In this document: positions 42,234 to 43,923 of the stretch, one piece after another | Numbering within the stretch: position 1 is the first letter of the stretch | How the letters are laid out: the number at the start of each line of letters is the position of its first letter | The notes under the pieces: generated by a model | The model's input: the letters and a program-made list of their open reading frames with translations, nothing else | Databases searched by the model: none | What the model was told of the DNA's origin: nothing | Virus record (IMG/VR): IMGVR_UViG_3300022917_000017 | Coordinates: 1-43,923 of that record | Direction: 5' to 3' (one strand) | DNA length: 43,923 nucleotides | From: a virus | Taxonomy: Duplodnaviria; Caudoviricetes | Program-made: the position numbers and the translations under genes

Positions 42234-43923
42234 TATGGTAATTGGATAAGTTCAATGGTACATTTATACTGCTGCCCCTCGTAGCCTCGTTCCTTGTTGA
42301 CGTAGTACTCGTTTGTGCTTTCCTCTGTCTTTATGCTGATTGGGGTAATGAAGTCCATCTTTGCGTGCACAGTCTCCGGTATGTTGCACATCGGTATCAA
42401 CTTCACCGGGTTGTTTAATATCCGTGAGAACTGCTGCCAGTAAGTGTCTAGTATAGTTCTCTGGAAAGCCAACGGGTTGTTAACCTTTCCGAAGCAAAGG
42501 CCCTGAGTAAAGAACTCGTCAACCTCTTGACCTGTAGCCAGTAGGTTGAAAAATGAATGTCCCCACGTCGTTCGTGATGATGTGCCAAGGTAAAATATTG
42601 ACTCTGGGCTGAATGTGTTAACGTTGCGCAGTCCAGTGTGTACGACCAGAAACACATCGCTGTTGCTTGTGTTCTCGTACCGCATGCGTGTAATCTTGCC
42701 CGGGTTGTTTGTCAGGAATGCCCCGCCGTAAAGCGCCAGGAATGTACTGGTGGTTTGCGATATAATGTACTCACCGTTGTATTGCGTGTCCTCACATTCA
42801 ACTCTCACCAACTCGCCTACGTTAAAGAAGTCGTCGGCGTCTGTGATCATGAACTTGGCAAGACCAGCACCGTCGTCCTGGATGGTAGCGAAATCCTGTT
42901 CTATCTCTCCATCCTCCAATTCAATAAGCTCCATGCGATCGATCGAACATCCGAACTCAGGGTGTATGTAACTGATCGGTGCTGAGAAGTCGCTTTCAAT
43001 AACGTCGGCCGAATCCTGTATGTAGTCGTTGCGAGCTATCAGTTGACCGGCTCCGTACTTAATATCGGACGATGCGTTATACCTATCTGTTTCCTCTTCG
43101 CTTGTTTCTGAATAGCTAAACCGGTTTACTTTACCGTAATTGGATATGAAGTCAACAAAGTCAACCTCCACTGACCCGCTGATGTATTGGCTGATGTCGA
43201 TCGAAGGCTTTCCTTTGATCTTGTCGAACAGGTTTATAGTAACCGTTTTGGTGAACGGATCATATGCCGTGATGCAGCAAAACATCTGTAGAACGCTTGA
43301 AACGAATTGCTGTTTGGTCCACTTCGGGAGGGTCGCTTTAGCAAATGACTTGAAAATATATGTAGGGGTAATCTCCAGATTTCCGGATATGATGTTGACG
43401 GACGGGCCGCCGGACACTTGATTCCTGGAGTACCACTCAATGTAGTCACCCGCGACGAGGTGAATGTTCGTGTTGAGTGTGTTCGTGTCGGTGGTACTGA
43501 TTGAGACGTGAGAAGTCGTCGCCACACCGTTCTTGTAGAGCACAATGGATGTCCAGTGGTCTGCATCTAGTTGAAGGTTTAGTTTAACGTTAAGGTCCAT
43601 TTCCAAGTCAGCCGTGTACTTGTTTGTAGACAAGTCGAAGTTGTTAGACGAACCATCGAAGTACGGATACGTGCTGTCGTTGTCGAAAGTAACCTTCACG
43701 TACGAAAGGTTAGACGGCAAGTTCTGATCTGTGATCTTCTGAACGTTTGACGACCGGTTCTCTATTTCGTCATCGCTCTTTGAATTTGTTACAACAACTA
43801 TCTGGTTGAACAATGGATCGTTGATCAAGTCCCCTTTAATCTTAAGACCTGCCGACTGGAATAGGTCTTCGAATATCGTATGCAGGAATAACCCCGGGGC
43901 AAAGTCCTCAGGCCTGGCAGACT
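42233..43923 (-). CDS. C-terminal part of the ~718-aa tail protein starting at 629
   Basis: Open frame through the end of the window; LPKW.K..F...LQMF and N.F.Y...YG.G motifs. Confidence 0.85.
   Translation of the reverse strand, partial: SARPEDFAPGLFLHTIFEDLFQSAGLKIKGDLINDPLFNQIVVVTNSKSDDEIENRSSNVQKITDQNLPSNLSYVKVTFDNDSTYPYFDGSSNNFDLSTNKYTADLEMDLNVKLNLQLDADHWTSIVLYKNGVATTSHVSISTTDTNTLNTNIHLVAGDYIEWYSRNQVSGGPSVNIISGNLEITPTYIFKSFAKATLPKWTKQQFVSSVLQMFCCITAYDPFTKTVTINLFDKIKGKPSIDISQYISGSVEVDFVDFISNYGKVNRFSYSETSEEETDRYNASSDIKYGAGQLIARNDYIQDSADVIESDFSAPISYIHPEFGCSIDRMELIELEDGEIEQDFATIQDDGAGLAKFMITDADDFFNVGELVRVECEDTQYNGEYIISQTTSTFLALYGGAFLTNNPGKITRMRYENTSNSDVFLVVHTGLRNVNTFSPESIFYLGTSSRTTWGHSFFNLLATGQEVDEFFTQGLCFGKVNNPLAFQRTILDTYWQQFSRILNNPVKLIPMCNIPETVHAKMDFITPISIKTEESTNEYYVNKERGYEGQQYKCTIELIQLP
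43761..43923. repeat. Terminal direct repeat, right copy
   Basis: Matches 1-163 with one mismatch. Confidence 0.97.

Noticed and set aside
1-43923. Diversity-generating retroelement suggested by the A/T mismatch in a tail gene
   Set aside because: No reverse transcriptase and no TR/VR pair seen; the duplication is the circular overlap.
1-43923. Stop-codon reassignment
   Set aside because: Genes are full length and densely packed in code 11, with TAA, TAG and TGA all used as stops.

Overview
This is a complete circular dsDNA tailed-phage genome of about 43,760 bp; bases 1-163 repeat at 43761-43923 with one mismatch. It is probably a siphovirus of a Bacteroidota host, likely Cytophagales, judged from TTTG-N19/20-TAnnTTTG promoters, leaderless starts, a DUF5675 lysin and D-S/T-X sequons. 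A divergent promoter region (~10415-10510) drives a rightward early arm (ERF, YqaJ exonuclease, adenine MTase, DUF1376 initiator). The leftward arm begins with ~550 nt of structured non-coding RNA including tRNA-like elements, then runs through NinG, terminase, a frameshifted tail chaperone, tail genes, tape measure, Clp protease, capsid and major tail protein. No integrase or CI repressor was recognised. The standout is a ~7 kb operon between the capsid/tail genes and the portal. It encodes five glycosyltransferases, two SAM methyltransferases and a GDP-mannose 3,5-epimerase, i.e. a candidate pathway for a methylated L-galactose-containing glycan on the virion or another cytoplasmic acceptor. 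Also found: a palindromic late-promoter box, two promoter-terminator sRNAs, a 1807-aa multi-enzyme appendage protein, a Pro-rich micropeptide in the lysis cassette and many unannotated membrane micropeptides. All calls come from reading motifs by eye; no database searches were run.
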